24,000 bases of DNA from Serratia fonticola. GTDB lineage: Bacteria > Pseudomonadota > Gammaproteobacteria > Enterobacterales > Enterobacteriaceae. The notes beneath the pieces are model-generated. The model made no database searches and had not been told where the DNA came from. It was given only the letters and a program-made list of their open reading frames with translations. Where the stretch lies: assembly GCA_006715025.1 (NCBI GenBank), contig VFMK01000001.1, positions 685,006-709,005 on the forward strand. The letters run 5' to 3'. This document shows positions 1 to 7,838 of the stretch, in pieces. Each line of letters starts with the position of its first letter. Positions within the stretch are counted from its first letter, which is position 1. The position numbers and the translations under genes were made by a program.

Positions 1-1397
1 AAAAGGTGTTCTCCTATACCAACCATACCTTGATGAGTGAGGCGCTGGAAACCTGGCCCATTGATATGCTGGGCAAAATTCTGCCTCGTCACTTGCAGCT
101 TATTTTCGAGATTAACGATCATTTCCTCAAGCACGTCCAGCAAGTGGTACCAGATGATAATGAATTGCTGGCCCGCGTCTCTCTCATTGATGAAACCAAT
201 GGGCGACGAGTGCGGATGGCGTGGCTGGCGGTGGTGGCCAGCCATAAGGTCAATGGGGTTTCAGCATTGCACTCTGAACTGATGGTGCAATCCCTGTTTG
301 CTGATTTTGCCCGTATTTTCCCTGGCCGTTTCTGCAATAAAACCAACGGGGTGACGCCACGACGCTGGCTTGGCCTGGCTAACCGGCCATTATCGAAGGT
401 GCTGGATGACAGTATCGGCCATAACTGGCGGACCGATCTCAGCCAGCTTGCCGAGATTAAACCAAACGTGGATTACCCGAGCTTCCTGCTGGCTGTACAG
501 GCTGCGAAGCGGCAGAACAAAGAGCGGCTGGCGATCTATATTGCCAAAAAGCTCAATGTGGTGGTAAACCCGGATGCGCTGTTCGATGTGCAGATTAAAC
601 GTATCCATGAATATAAGCGGCAGTTGCTGAACGTCTTGCATGTGGTTACACGTTATAACCGTTTGCTGCAGGATCCTGATACCAAACGCGTACCGCGCGT
701 GGTGATTTTTGGTGGGAAAGCCGCCTCGGCGTATTACGCTGCCAAGCAGATAATCCGCTTGATCAACGATGTGGCTAAGGTGATCAACAACGATCCGCGT
801 GTGCATGATGACTTGAAAGTGGTGTTTATTCCCAACTATGGCGTGAGTCTGGCGCAGATGATCATCCCGGCGGCGGATCTCTCCGAACAGATTTCCTTGG
901 CAGGTACCGAGGCGTCAGGCACCAGTAACATGAAGTTTGCCCTTAACGGAGCGTTAACCATTGGTACGTTGGACGGCGCTAACGTTGAAATGCGTGAACA
1001 CGTGGGTGAAGAGAATATCTTTATCTTCGGCAACACCGCAGAGCAGGTTGAAGCGCTTCGTCGTAACGGTTACAACCCACGTCAGTATTATGAGCAGGAT
1101 GACGAGTTACATCTGGCTCTGACGCAGATTGCTACCGGTGCATTCAGTCCTGATGAACCTAAGCGTTACAGTAGCCTGTTTGACTCATTGGTTAACCTGG
1201 GCGATCACTATCAGCTGCTGGCTGATTATCGTAGCTATGTGGATATGCAGGACAAAGTGGATGAGGTGTATCTCAACCAGGATGACTGGACCCGGCGTGC
1301 GATACTCAATATTGCCAATATGGGCTATTTCTCTTCTGACCGTACTATTCAGGAATACGCAGATGAGATCTGGGATATCAAGCCGGTTAAGTTGTAA
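1..1397 (+). CDS. glgP: Glycogen phosphorylase, C-terminal ~464 codons; the 5' end lies upstream of the window
   Basis: ORF 6..1397 is open to the window edge. It carries the alpha-glucan phosphorylase PLP-lysine signature [14 protein letters not shown]. It ends [13 protein letters not shown], like my recollection of E. coli GlgP (a separate malP paralog is at 17069). TAA at 1395-1397 is followed by a strong terminator. Confidence 0.93.
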   Translation, partial: KVFSYTNHTLMSEALETWPIDMLGKILPRHLQLIFEINDHFLKHVQQVVPDDNELLARVSLIDETNGRRVRMAWLAVVASHKVNGVSALHSELMVQSLFADFARIFPGRFCNKTNGVTPRRWLGLANRPLSKVLDDSIGHNWRTDLSQLAEIKPNVDYPSFLLAVQAAKRQNKERLAIYIAKKLNVVVNPDALFDVQIKRIHEYKRQLLNVLHVVTRYNRLLQDPDTKRVPRVVIFGGKAASAYYAAKQIIRLINDVAKVINNDPRVHDDLKVVFIPNYGVSLAQMIIPAADLSEQISLAGTEASGTSNMKFALNGALTIGTLDGANVEMREHVGEENIFIFGNTAEQVEALRRNGYNPRQYYEQDDELHLALTQIATGAFSPDEPKRYSSLFDSLVNLGDHYQLLADYRSYVDMQDKVDEVYLNQDDWTRRAILNIANMGYFSSDRTIQEYADEIWDIKPVKL

Positions 1398-1415
1398 CCT
1401 GTCCTGAATGACAAA

Positions 1416-1444
1416 GGGGCCCAGCATGCTGGGCCCCTTTTTTA
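1416..1444. terminator. Rho-independent terminator between convergent glgP and glpD
   Basis: Perfect 22-nt palindrome ggggcccagca/tgctgggcccc (1416-1437) followed by a T6 run (1438-1443). It lies 19 nt after the glgP stop and 12 nt before the glpD stop codon. The opposite side has only acaaa, so it is weaker for glpD. Confidence 0.85.
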
Positions 1445-1455
1445 TCACTGGCCGA

Positions 1456-2964
1456 TTAAGAGGCCAATGACAGCGTTTTGGGTTTTGCGTTTTCTGCCAG
1501 CCAGGCTTTAACTTTTGCCTGTTGCGCCTCGCTGAGCCACATGCCCAGTTTGGTCCGCCGCCAGATGGCATCGTCCAGTTCGGTAACCCACTCTTTATCC
1601 ACCAGATAACGTAGCTCCGCTTCGTACAGTTCATGGCCGAAGTCTTCACCCAGATCGCTCATGCTGCCAGCATTGGCCAGAATCAGTTCGCTGTGGCTGC
1701 CATAGGTGCGGGCATAGCGGCGTGCCAGCGACTCTGTTAACCAACCGTGTTGGCGACGCAGTTTGGCGGCATAGCTGTCGCGATCGCCACCGATGTCGCC
1801 ACCTGGCAGGGAACCGTTTTTGGTCCATGCCGGGCCGCAGCCTGGGTAGTAGTGAGCCAGCTTTTCCATCGCGTGTTCGGCCAGTTTGCGGTAGGTGGTG
1901 AGTTTACCGCCAAATACGGAAAGCAGTGGGGCTTTGCCCTGCTCGTCATGCACATCCAGCGTGTAATCACGGGTTACGGCCTGCGGCGAATCTGATTCAT
2001 CGTCGCACAACGGGCGTACGCCGGAGTAAGTCCAGACGATATCATCACGGCCCAGCTGTTTTTTGAAGTGGTCGTTATACACTTTCAGCAGATAGTCGAT
2101 TTCGTTATCGTCGATCTTCACGTCTTTAGGATCGCCGTGATATTCCACGTCGGTAGTACCAATGATGGAAAAATCGTCCAGCCAAGGAATAACAAACACA
2201 ATACGGTGGTCTTCATTCTGCAGGATATAAGACTGTGGCTGGTTGTGTGCTTTGGGTACCACAATGTGGCTACCTTTGATCAGGCGGATACCATAAGGTG
2301 ATTTGAGCTTCAGACCATCGTCGAAGAAGTGTTTCACCCATGGGCCGGTGGCATTTACCAGGCCTTTGGCACGCCAGGTGAAGGTTTTGCCGCTGTCTAC
2401 GTCGGTCGCTTCTACCATCCATAGGCCGTTCTCGCGCCAGGCGCGGGTCACTTTAGTGCGGGTGCGCACTTCACCACCACGCTCAACCACTGCCTGAGCG
2501 TTTAGCACCACCAGACGCGCATCGTCTACCCAGCAGTCAGAATATTCGAAACCGCGTGTTAATTCCGGCTTCAGTACGGACTCGGGCCCAAAGCGCAACC
2601 CTTTACTGCCCGGCAAACTGGTACGTTTACCCAGGTGATCGTAAAGGAACAGACCGGTGCGGATCATCCAGGCCGGGCGCAGATGAGGCTGGTGCGGTAG
2701 GCGGAAGCGCATGGGGAAGGCGATATGCGGAGCCAGTTTTAGCAGGACTTCACGCTCGGCCAGCGCTTCACTCACCAAGCGGAATTCGTAGTGTTCAAGG
2801 TAGCGCAGGCCACCGTGGATCAGTTTTGAACTGGCGGAAGACGTAGCACAGGCCAAGTCTTGCGCTTCCAGCAGCAGAACGGACAGCCCGCGCCCGGCAG
2901 CATCCGCTGCGATGCCGGCACCGTTGATACCACCACCGATAACGATCAAGTCTTTGGTTTCCAC
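1456..2964 (-). CDS. glpD: Aerobic glycerol-3-phosphate dehydrogenase (FAD-dependent)
   Basis: ORF 1456..3048 trimmed to the GTG at 2962-2964. This gives VETKDLIVIGGGINGAGIAADAAGRGLSV, matching recalled E. coli GlpD METKDLIVIGGGINGAGIA. GGAGGGAG lies 5 nt upstream. The ORF has a dinucleotide-binding GGGINGAG motif and a C-terminus ...LSLAS as in E. coli. Confidence 0.95.
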   Translation of the reverse strand: METKDLIVIGGGINGAGIAADAAGRGLSVLLLEAQDLACATSSASSKLIHGGLRYLEHYEFRLVSEALAEREVLLKLAPHIAFPMRFRLPHQPHLRPAWMIRTGLFLYDHLGKRTSLPGSKGLRFGPESVLKPELTRGFEYSDCWVDDARLVVLNAQAVVERGGEVRTRTKVTRAWRENGLWMVEATDVDSGKTFTWRAKGLVNATGPWVKHFFDDGLKLKSPYGIRLIKGSHIVVPKAHNQPQSYILQNEDHRIVFVIPWLDDFSIIGTTDVEYHGDPKDVKIDDNEIDYLLKVYNDHFKKQLGRDDIVWTYSGVRPLCDDESDSPQAVTRDYTLDVHDEQGKAPLLSVFGGKLTTYRKLAEHAMEKLAHYYPGCGPAWTKNGSLPGGDIGGDRDSYAAKLRRQHGWLTESLARRYARTYGSHSELILANAGSMSDLGEDFGHELYEAELRYLVDKEWVTELDDAIWRRTKLGMWLSEAQQAKVKAWLAENAKPKTLSLAS

Positions 2965-2978
2965 GTTAACTCCCTCCA

Positions 2979-3048
2979 GATGTTCGAAACAGCTCTTTAA
3001 TGTTCGTTTTCGCTCACGATTGTAATCAAAAACCAACAAACAAGCCAA
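2979..3048 (-). promoter_or_regulatory. Candidate glpD promoter with tandem GlpR operator-like repeats
   Basis: On the minus strand: TTGGCT (3043-3048), an 18-nt spacer, then TACAAT (3019-3024). This is followed by two perfect CGAACAT half-sites (plus-strand atgttcg at 2980-2986 and 3000-3006) exactly 20 bp apart. That spacing matches the tandem 20-bp GlpR operators (half-site WATGTTCGWT) described for E. coli glp promoters. A T9 run (3058-3066 on minus) lies upstream of the -35. Confidence 0.5.
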
Positions 3049-3074
3049 GAGTTAACCAAAAAAAAACATTCTTG

Positions 3075-3090
3075 CGTGATAGAGATAACA
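3075..3090 (-). promoter_or_regulatory. CRP-like site upstream of glpD
   Basis: Minus strand reads TGTTAtctctaTCACG, an 8/10 match to TGTGA-N6-TCACA. It is centred about 70 bp upstream of the inferred glpD transcription start. The position depends on an unverified -10 call. Confidence 0.35.
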
Positions 3091-3150
3091 GTTTGGTGAT
3101 AGTGGGTATACAAATAATAGGGGTATTGGCTCTACGAAAGCTGCGGCATT

Positions 3151-3216
3151 AGCCCCTCACCCCAACCCTCTCCTGAAGAGCGAAGGCGTTGCAATTGTGC
3201 TGTCTTTAGGGAGAGG
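3151..3216 (+). repeat. REP-like palindromic element, long-loop copy
   Basis: Sequence agcccctcaccccaaccctctcc (3151-3173) is paired with ggagagg (3210-3216). It has the same gcccct-N-aaccctctcc ... ggagagg architecture as the copy at 3298-3327, in opposite orientation. Confidence 0.55.
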
Positions 3217-3297
3217 CATGTTGACCAGGCAAAAACGGGAGCGTTAAGTCAGTGCGGAGGTTGTCGGGTACAGGCGCTAATTTGTGGTACGTATAGT

Positions 3298-3327
3298 CCC
3301 TCTCCCCGTGGGAGAGGGTTAGGGGCG
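3298..3327 (-). repeat. REP-like palindromic element, tight hairpin copy, abutting the glpR stop codon
   Basis: Sequence ccctctcc-ccgtg-ggagaggg-ttaggggcg. Its reverse complement cgcccctaaccctctcc matches 3152-3173. The 8-bp stem hairpin starts right after the glpR stop codon (3328-3330) and may also act as a glpR terminator or stabiliser. Confidence 0.55.
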
Positions 3328-4086
3328 TCAGCAGAGTTCCAGCTGTACGTCGTACTGCTCAATGATTTTCATCACGCTGGGTGGCGGAGCCTGATCGGTA
3401 AACAGGTAGTCGATCAGGTTCATGTTACCCAGGTTGACCATCGCATTACGGCCAAATTTGGAATGGTCGGTGACGAGCATGACGCAGCGAGAGTTTTCGA
3501 TAATCGCACGTTTAGTTCGCACTTCATGATAATCGAATTCGAGCAATGAGCCGTCCATATCGATACCACTGATGCCGAGGATGCCGTAATCCAGACGGAA
3601 CTGGGAAATGAAATCCAGCGTAGCTTCGCCCATGATGCCGCCGTCACGAGTACGCACTTCCCCACCGGCCAGAATCAGACGGAAATCCTCTTTGGCGGTG
3701 AGCAGGGTAGCAACGTTCAGGTTGTTGGTGACGACGCGTAGGTTTTTATGGCCCATCAGCGCATGAGCCACGGCCTCCGGTGTGGTACCGATATCGATAA
3801 ACAGCGTTGCGCCATCCGGGATCTGGCTGGCAACACGCTGAGCGATACGCGCTTTCTCTTCCGACCACATAACCTTGCGATCGTGATAAGCGGTGTTCAC
3901 TGAACTGGAAGGTAAGGCTGCGCCACCGTGATGGCGTTGTATCTTGTTCTGGTCAGCCAGATCGTTTAAATCGCGGCGAATGGTTTGCGGGCTGACCGCG
4001 AAGTGCTCCACCAACTCTTCCGTACTGACATACCCCTGCAGGCGCACCAATTCAATAATTGCGTCATGACGCTGTGTTTGCTTCAC
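3328..4086 (-). CDS. glpR: DeoR-family glycerol-3-phosphate regulon repressor
   Basis: The 252-aa ORF starts at GTG (4084-4086) with AGGGGA upstream. MKQTQRH..IIELV...GYVSTEELVEHF.VSPQTIRRDLN...C-terminal QLELC is near-collinear with recalled E. coli GlpR (252 aa). Confidence 0.95.
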   Translation of the reverse strand: MKQTQRHDAIIELVRLQGYVSTEELVEHFAVSPQTIRRDLNDLADQNKIQRHHGGAALPSSSVNTAYHDRKVMWSEEKARIAQRVASQIPDGATLFIDIGTTPEAVAHALMGHKNLRVVTNNLNVATLLTAKEDFRLILAGGEVRTRDGGIMGEATLDFISQFRLDYGILGISGIDMDGSLLEFDYHEVRTKRAIIENSRCVMLVTDHSKFGRNAMVNLGNMNLIDYLFTDQAPPPSVMKIIEQYDVQLELC

Positions 4087-4148
4087 GATAATCCCCTAAT
4101 ACACCGGTATACTCGCCATCTTCGAGCTGCAGTATATGTACCTGGTTG

Positions 4149-4985
4149 TTATTGTTCGTTGTGTGCGCGATGTCGCGTATCCCAGAATGCCATCAGTAAC
4201 CCTAACACTAAACCGGCTACGTGCGCCGCGTTGGCGATCGACATTCCTAAAATATCGAAATAACCGGCAACCAGCCAGAGCACAGAAAACACCATTAAAC
4301 CCCGTGGCAGATTCAGACCTCGCTCCGGTGCACGTTCGCCGCTCAGCCAGACATAGCCCATCAGGGCGTAAACCACGCCAGAAAGCCCCCCGAATAGCGC
4401 GCCACTGAACAAGGATTGTGCCCAGCCGCTGAAAAAGGCCGAGACCACGGCAATCACAAACAGTTTGCCGCTGCCGAGGCGTTTTTCTAATGGCCCCCCC
4501 AGATACCACCACCATAGCAGGTTAAAGGTGATGTGCAGCAGCGAGAAGTGCAGAAAGGCATGGCTGACCCAACGCCACAGCTGACCGTATTGCGAGCTGT
4601 TTTGCGGCCAGGAAAGCCAGAACATCACGGTGTCGTTACCCAGTACCTGCATCAGGATATAGACAAAAATGCACAATGTCATGACCGTGAGCGTCAGTGG
4701 CCCGGCCTTGCTACGAATGATTTGCAGATAGGAAAATTGTTGATAGTGCAAACCGGCACCCGTGTTGCCTGCCTGCCAACTGGCCGCTTGATAGCGCTTG
4801 TTTAAGGGATCGAGCAGAAACTGTTGCAGTTCATGCTGCACCTGCTCCAGATGGCTTTCGTCCGCCAGCCAGATTTCGGCCGCCTCGCCGCCAGTGTGAA
4901 CTTCAAGCGCAATCCCCTGAGTTGCCATGTAATCGACAAAGGCCTGCGCCAGGCGAGGGTTGGATACGGCGATCACTCGAACCAT
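4149..4985 (-). CDS. glpG: Rhomboid intramembrane serine protease GlpG
   Basis: 278 aa. The N-terminal block [17 protein letters not shown] matches E. coli GlpG. It has the rhomboid motifs [29 protein letters not shown] (catalytic Ser) and AAHVAG (catalytic His). Confidence 0.95.
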   Translation of the reverse strand: MVRVIAVSNPRLAQAFVDYMATQGIALEVHTGGEAAEIWLADESHLEQVQHELQQFLLDPLNKRYQAASWQAGNTGAGLHYQQFSYLQIIRSKAGPLTLTVMTLCIFVYILMQVLGNDTVMFWLSWPQNSSQYGQLWRWVSHAFLHFSLLHITFNLLWWWYLGGPLEKRLGSGKLFVIAVVSAFFSGWAQSLFSGALFGGLSGVVYALMGYVWLSGERAPERGLNLPRGLMVFSVLWLVAGYFDILGMSIANAAHVAGLVLGLLMAFWDTRHRAHNEQ

Positions 4986-5136
4986 AGGTTTTCCGTCTAA
5001 GTATGCTCAAAGATAATATTGGCCACGAGCTTAACCGCCTGTGGCATTGACGGCTGATTATACCGTTGAAATCCTGAGCGCAGGCAAAAAACGAAGAGAA
5101 TTCGGTTTAGGCCGCCCTAAGCGCGGCCAATGGGGA

Positions 5137-5463
5137 TTAGGAGGCGCTTTCAATATCCTGCGGGAACTGACGAGCCCAAGCTTCAAAGCCGCCATCAATG
5201 CTGTATACCGCGTCAAATCCCTGATGCAACAGATACTGCGCAGCACTGCGGCTGCTATTACCGTGGTAACACATCACCATCACCGGGCGATCGAATTCAT
5301 TTTGCTGCATAAATGCTGACAGGCTGGCGTTGGTAAGATGAAACGCACCTGGCGTATGCCCGGCCGAAAAGCTTTGTGGATCGCGAATATCGACCAGCGC
5401 GGCGCTGCCCTCTTTCCAGCGTTGATATGCCTGCTCAACGTTGATCGATTCAAATTGTTCCAT
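5137..5463 (-). CDS. glpE: Thiosulfate sulfurtransferase (single-domain rhodanese)
   Basis: 108 aa. MEQFESINV...VDIRDPQSF...[12 protein letters not shown] (active-site Cys loop)...[10 protein letters not shown] is collinear with recalled E. coli GlpE (108 aa). Confidence 0.94.
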   Translation of the reverse strand: MEQFESINVEQAYQRWKEGSAALVDIRDPQSFSAGHTPGAFHLTNASLSAFMQQNEFDRPVMVMCYHGNSSRSAAQYLLHQGFDAVYSIDGGFEAWARQFPQDIESAS

Positions 5464-5590
5464 GACGTCAAAGTGCCTCGTAATTGGGGTATGTCACTAG
5501 TGTATCCAATTTTGGCACGATTAAGACCAGAGCAACGGCAGGGTTTTTACCCTGTAGCTTAAAATCTTCAGGGTATAGGCCAGGCGAGTA

Positions 5591-5618
5591 ATCCCCTTTG
5601 CGGGCTTGCAAAGGGGAT
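5591..5618 (-). terminator. Hairpin downstream of the beta-barrel gene; possible terminator without a U-tract
   Basis: Perfect 11-bp stem atcccctttgc/gcaaaggggat with loop gggctt, 17 nt after the stop at 5635. On the minus strand it is followed by tactcgcc, so there is no canonical T-run. Confidence 0.35.
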
Positions 5619-5634
5619 AGCGGCAAAAGTCGAA

Positions 5635-6612
5635 TTACCAGCGGTAGCTCAGGCCGATGGATGCGCCATAATCCTGATAACTGTTGGTTCCCATCGTCGT
5701 ACCGCCTTCAAACCACAGCTGCAGGCTGTAACTTGAAGGTGACTGGATGCCAACTTTCACCTCAAACAGATTGTCCAGGGAGTTGGTCTCTGCGCGCGTA
5801 TTATTGAAATAGACAGAATTACTGCCATTGTTATGCCACCAGTTGGTGGCCAGATAAGCGGTAGTATTATCGTCTTGATCGCTATACCAGCGAATGCCAA
5901 CGCGTGAAGTGAAATCTGGTGTATCGCCTTTATGAATGTATACACCGGCAGTATCAAAATAATTATCCGTATCGAACTTACTGTAAATAACCTGAAGCTG
6001 AGGTTCGATAATCAACTCACGCGTTGAGAATGGCTGAAATGCGTAACCCGCCTCTAAAGAGACGCTGAAACGAGAGCTGTCATAACGCTGTTTGGCCTGC
6101 GAATGGGTCACGCTGTTGTTAAACCAGGCATATTGCAGCCAGGAGTCCACGTAAGCCCCGGAATGATTTTTAGCATCCTGATACCAGGTGCTATAGGCGC
6201 CCACTGAATAACCGTTAACCTCGCCATCGGACGAGGTTACTGCGTTTTTAGCACTGCTCTTGGCGTGGCCGTATCCCGTCATCAGGCCCATGGTCCACTC
6301 TTGGTTGCCCCCCTCTAACGACAGCAGGTCACCACCGAGCATGACTACCTGACGATCCATATCTATCGGCAGATCCCCATCGGCGGTACTTAGATTTTTG
6401 GTGTGATAACCCGAGGCGCGCATCCAGAATTGGCCATCGCCAGGGGCGATTTTCCGCTGGTGTAGCGTTTGGGTAAATAATGTTGAGGCAGCAAACTGAT
6501 TACCCAGATAAGCGCCAACCTCAGGCTGATTAGAAATAGCACTGGCCGCCATGGCCGGCGGAATGGCCAGATATAAACCTGCCGTGGTGAGAAATATCCT
6601 TTTTATTGTCAC
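5635..6612 (-). CDS. Autotransporter-type outer-membrane beta-barrel protein: signal peptide, linker helix and barrel, with no evident passenger
   Basis: 325 aa with a GTG start (6610-6612) and AGGAG 8 nt upstream. N-terminal signal peptide MTIKRIFLTTAGLYLAIPPAMA/AS. PEVGAYLGNQFAASTLFTQTLHQR resembles the autotransporter linker alpha-helix. Alternating-hydrophobic beta-strand blocks follow (FWMRASGYH, WTMGLMTGYGHAKS, GYSVGAYSTWYQD, GAYVDSWLQYAWFNN, SVSLEAGYAF). The terminal ...SIGLSYRW is an OMP signature with an aromatic last residue. Confidence 0.8.
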   Translation of the reverse strand: MTIKRIFLTTAGLYLAIPPAMAASAISNQPEVGAYLGNQFAASTLFTQTLHQRKIAPGDGQFWMRASGYHTKNLSTADGDLPIDMDRQVVMLGGDLLSLEGGNQEWTMGLMTGYGHAKSSAKNAVTSSDGEVNGYSVGAYSTWYQDAKNHSGAYVDSWLQYAWFNNSVTHSQAKQRYDSSRFSVSLEAGYAFQPFSTRELIIEPQLQVIYSKFDTDNYFDTAGVYIHKGDTPDFTSRVGIRWYSDQDDNTTAYLATNWWHNNGSNSVYFNNTRAETNSLDNLFEVKVGIQSPSSYSLQLWFEGGTTMGTNSYQDYGASIGLSYRW

Positions 6613-6796
6613 GATTCCAACTCCTATGGAAAATTAGCGCAATGGTACTGAGATGAAAGGATAATGTCATGGAGAAAGGAATGAAATAAGAATACATCTT
6701 GATATATATGAGATGTCACAGCGATTTTTATTATTAAATTATTTATTTGGTAAATGTGTTTTATTTGAAATATTTTGAAATTGAGTGGGTTGGTCT

Positions 6797-6836
6797 GAAA
6801 ATAGCGGCCTGCCGTTAAGGTTTATAACGGAGGCCG
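6797..6836 (-). terminator. Probable rho-independent terminator of ulaR
   Basis: On the minus strand, cggcctccgtta-taaacct-taacgg(c)aggccg forms a 6+6 bp stem with one bulge (6805-6836). It is followed by CTATTTTC (6797-6804). It lies 52 nt downstream of the ulaR stop. Confidence 0.55.
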
Positions 6837-6887
6837 ATAATGATCTTGATGGCGTTCCCTAAGAGATCAGAAGGTACTGTATACTTG

Positions 6888-7643
6888 TTAAACCAGTTGT
6901 ACCTCAACCCCTTGCTGACGTAGCTGCTCGACTATTGTCGGATCGGCATCACGTCCGGTGATGACCATATCGATCTGCTCGGTTCTGCTGAACAGCATTC
7001 CGGCACGCTGGCCGACTTTGCTGCTATCGACCAGCACCACCAGTTTACCCACATAGTTGAGCATCTTCTGTTCTGCCATGGCGGTGAGCATATCGGTTTT
7101 ATATAACCCGTCATGGGTGAGGCCGATACCGCTGGTGAACATCCAGTGCCCGGCGTACAGGCTGGCATCGCCATCCTGTGGGGCCAAGGTGATGGATTGG
7201 CTCTTATTGTACTGCCCACCCATGATCACCACGCTGTCATGTTCGCGTTCAATCAGGTAATTGGCCAACGGCAGGTAGTTGGTAATCACTTGCACTTCTT
7301 TGCCGCACATTTCACGCCCAAGCAGGAACGCAGTGGAACCACAGTTGATCACCACGCTTTCACCCGGCTGACAAAGCTGCGCTGCGGCTTTGGCGATGCG
7401 CATTTTTTCATCCAGATGCTGGGTCTGATGAATATTGAGGGGCGTCCAGGTCGGGCGTGGCGTGCTGGTGGCTTCCGCGCCGTTACGCACTTTGCGTAAT
7501 TTACCGAGCTCATTGAGTTTATTGATATCGCGGCGGGCCGTTGCGGGAGAGATTTCAAACGCTGCAATCACGTCAGCCACAGAAATTTGCCCCTTACGCT
7601 GTAAGAGATCGAGAATGGCATTATGGCGTTGTGATTCGGTCAT
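6888..7643 (-). CDS. ulaR: DeoR-family repressor of the L-ascorbate utilisation regulon
   Basis: 251 aa. MTESQRH...[13 protein letters not shown]...[11 protein letters not shown]...[22 protein letters not shown]...[31 protein letters not shown] is collinear with recalled E. coli UlaR (251 aa). It sits next to ulaG as in E. coli. Confidence 0.93.
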   Translation of the reverse strand: MTESQRHNAILDLLQRKGQISVADVIAAFEISPATARRDINKLNELGKLRKVRNGAEATSTPRPTWTPLNIHQTQHLDEKMRIAKAAAQLCQPGESVVINCGSTAFLLGREMCGKEVQVITNYLPLANYLIEREHDSVVIMGGQYNKSQSITLAPQDGDASLYAGHWMFTSGIGLTHDGLYKTDMLTAMAEQKMLNYVGKLVVLVDSSKVGQRAGMLFSRTEQIDMVITGRDADPTIVEQLRQQGVEVQLV

Positions 7644-7724
7644 GCAGGCTCCATCAGGAAATAAGGACGTTATCCCCGTTGTTTTTCAAGCGAGAACCTG
7701 AAAGCTATAGGGCATATACCGTGA

Positions 7725-7780
7725 TTATATGCGCACCTGCTGACGATTTGAATCATTTGTGTGCAGAAGTGCGCATATAT
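7725..7780. other. Inverted repeat in the ulaG-ulaR spacer
   Basis: The arms tatatgcgcac (7726-7736) and gtgcgcatata (7769-7779) form an 11-bp perfect inverted repeat around a 32-nt loop. The loop contains gaatcatttgtgtg (7750-7763), which resembles the heptamer repeats in the ulaG/ulaA control region. Confidence 0.4.
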
Positions 7781-7790
7781 ACCCGTCGTC

Positions 7791-7821
7791 TTTCAGGCTG
7801 CAATCCGGCGGCAGCCTGAAA
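7791..7821 (-). terminator. Hairpin 18 nt downstream of the ulaG stop; candidate terminator or attenuator
   Basis: Perfect 11-bp stem tttcaggctgc/gcagcctgaaa with a 9-nt loop. There is no T-run beyond the stem on the ulaG-sense strand, so it is non-canonical. Confidence 0.35.
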
Positions 7822-7838
7822 CCCATGGGAGATAGCCG

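Noticed and set aside
2965-3048. N-terminal extensions offered by the ORF track: glpD to 3048 (TTG), ulaA from 9166 (TTG), malT to 16554 (TTG), gntX to 23275.
   Set aside because: The extensions have no counterpart in the homologous proteins and run through promoter or operator sequence, or into the divergent bioH gene in the case of gntX. Internal starts that align with the E. coli N-termini have Shine-Dalgarno-like sequences, weak in the case of malT.
3218-3247. Nine-codon mini-ORF (MLTRQKRER) preceded by gggagagg at a good Shine-Dalgarno distance.
   Set aside because: The apparent Shine-Dalgarno sequence is the right arm of the REP-like palindrome. There is no independent support for a leader peptide, and it is on the strand opposite to both flanking genes.
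5539-5554. Small hairpin cagggt-tttt-accctg upstream of glpE, and attempts to assign glpE -35/-10 or CRP sites in 5464-5634.
   Set aside because: The stem is only 6 bp with no clear role. No hexamer pair with acceptable spacing and no TGTGA-N6-TCACA-like site was found, so I could not support a glpE promoter call from sequence alone.
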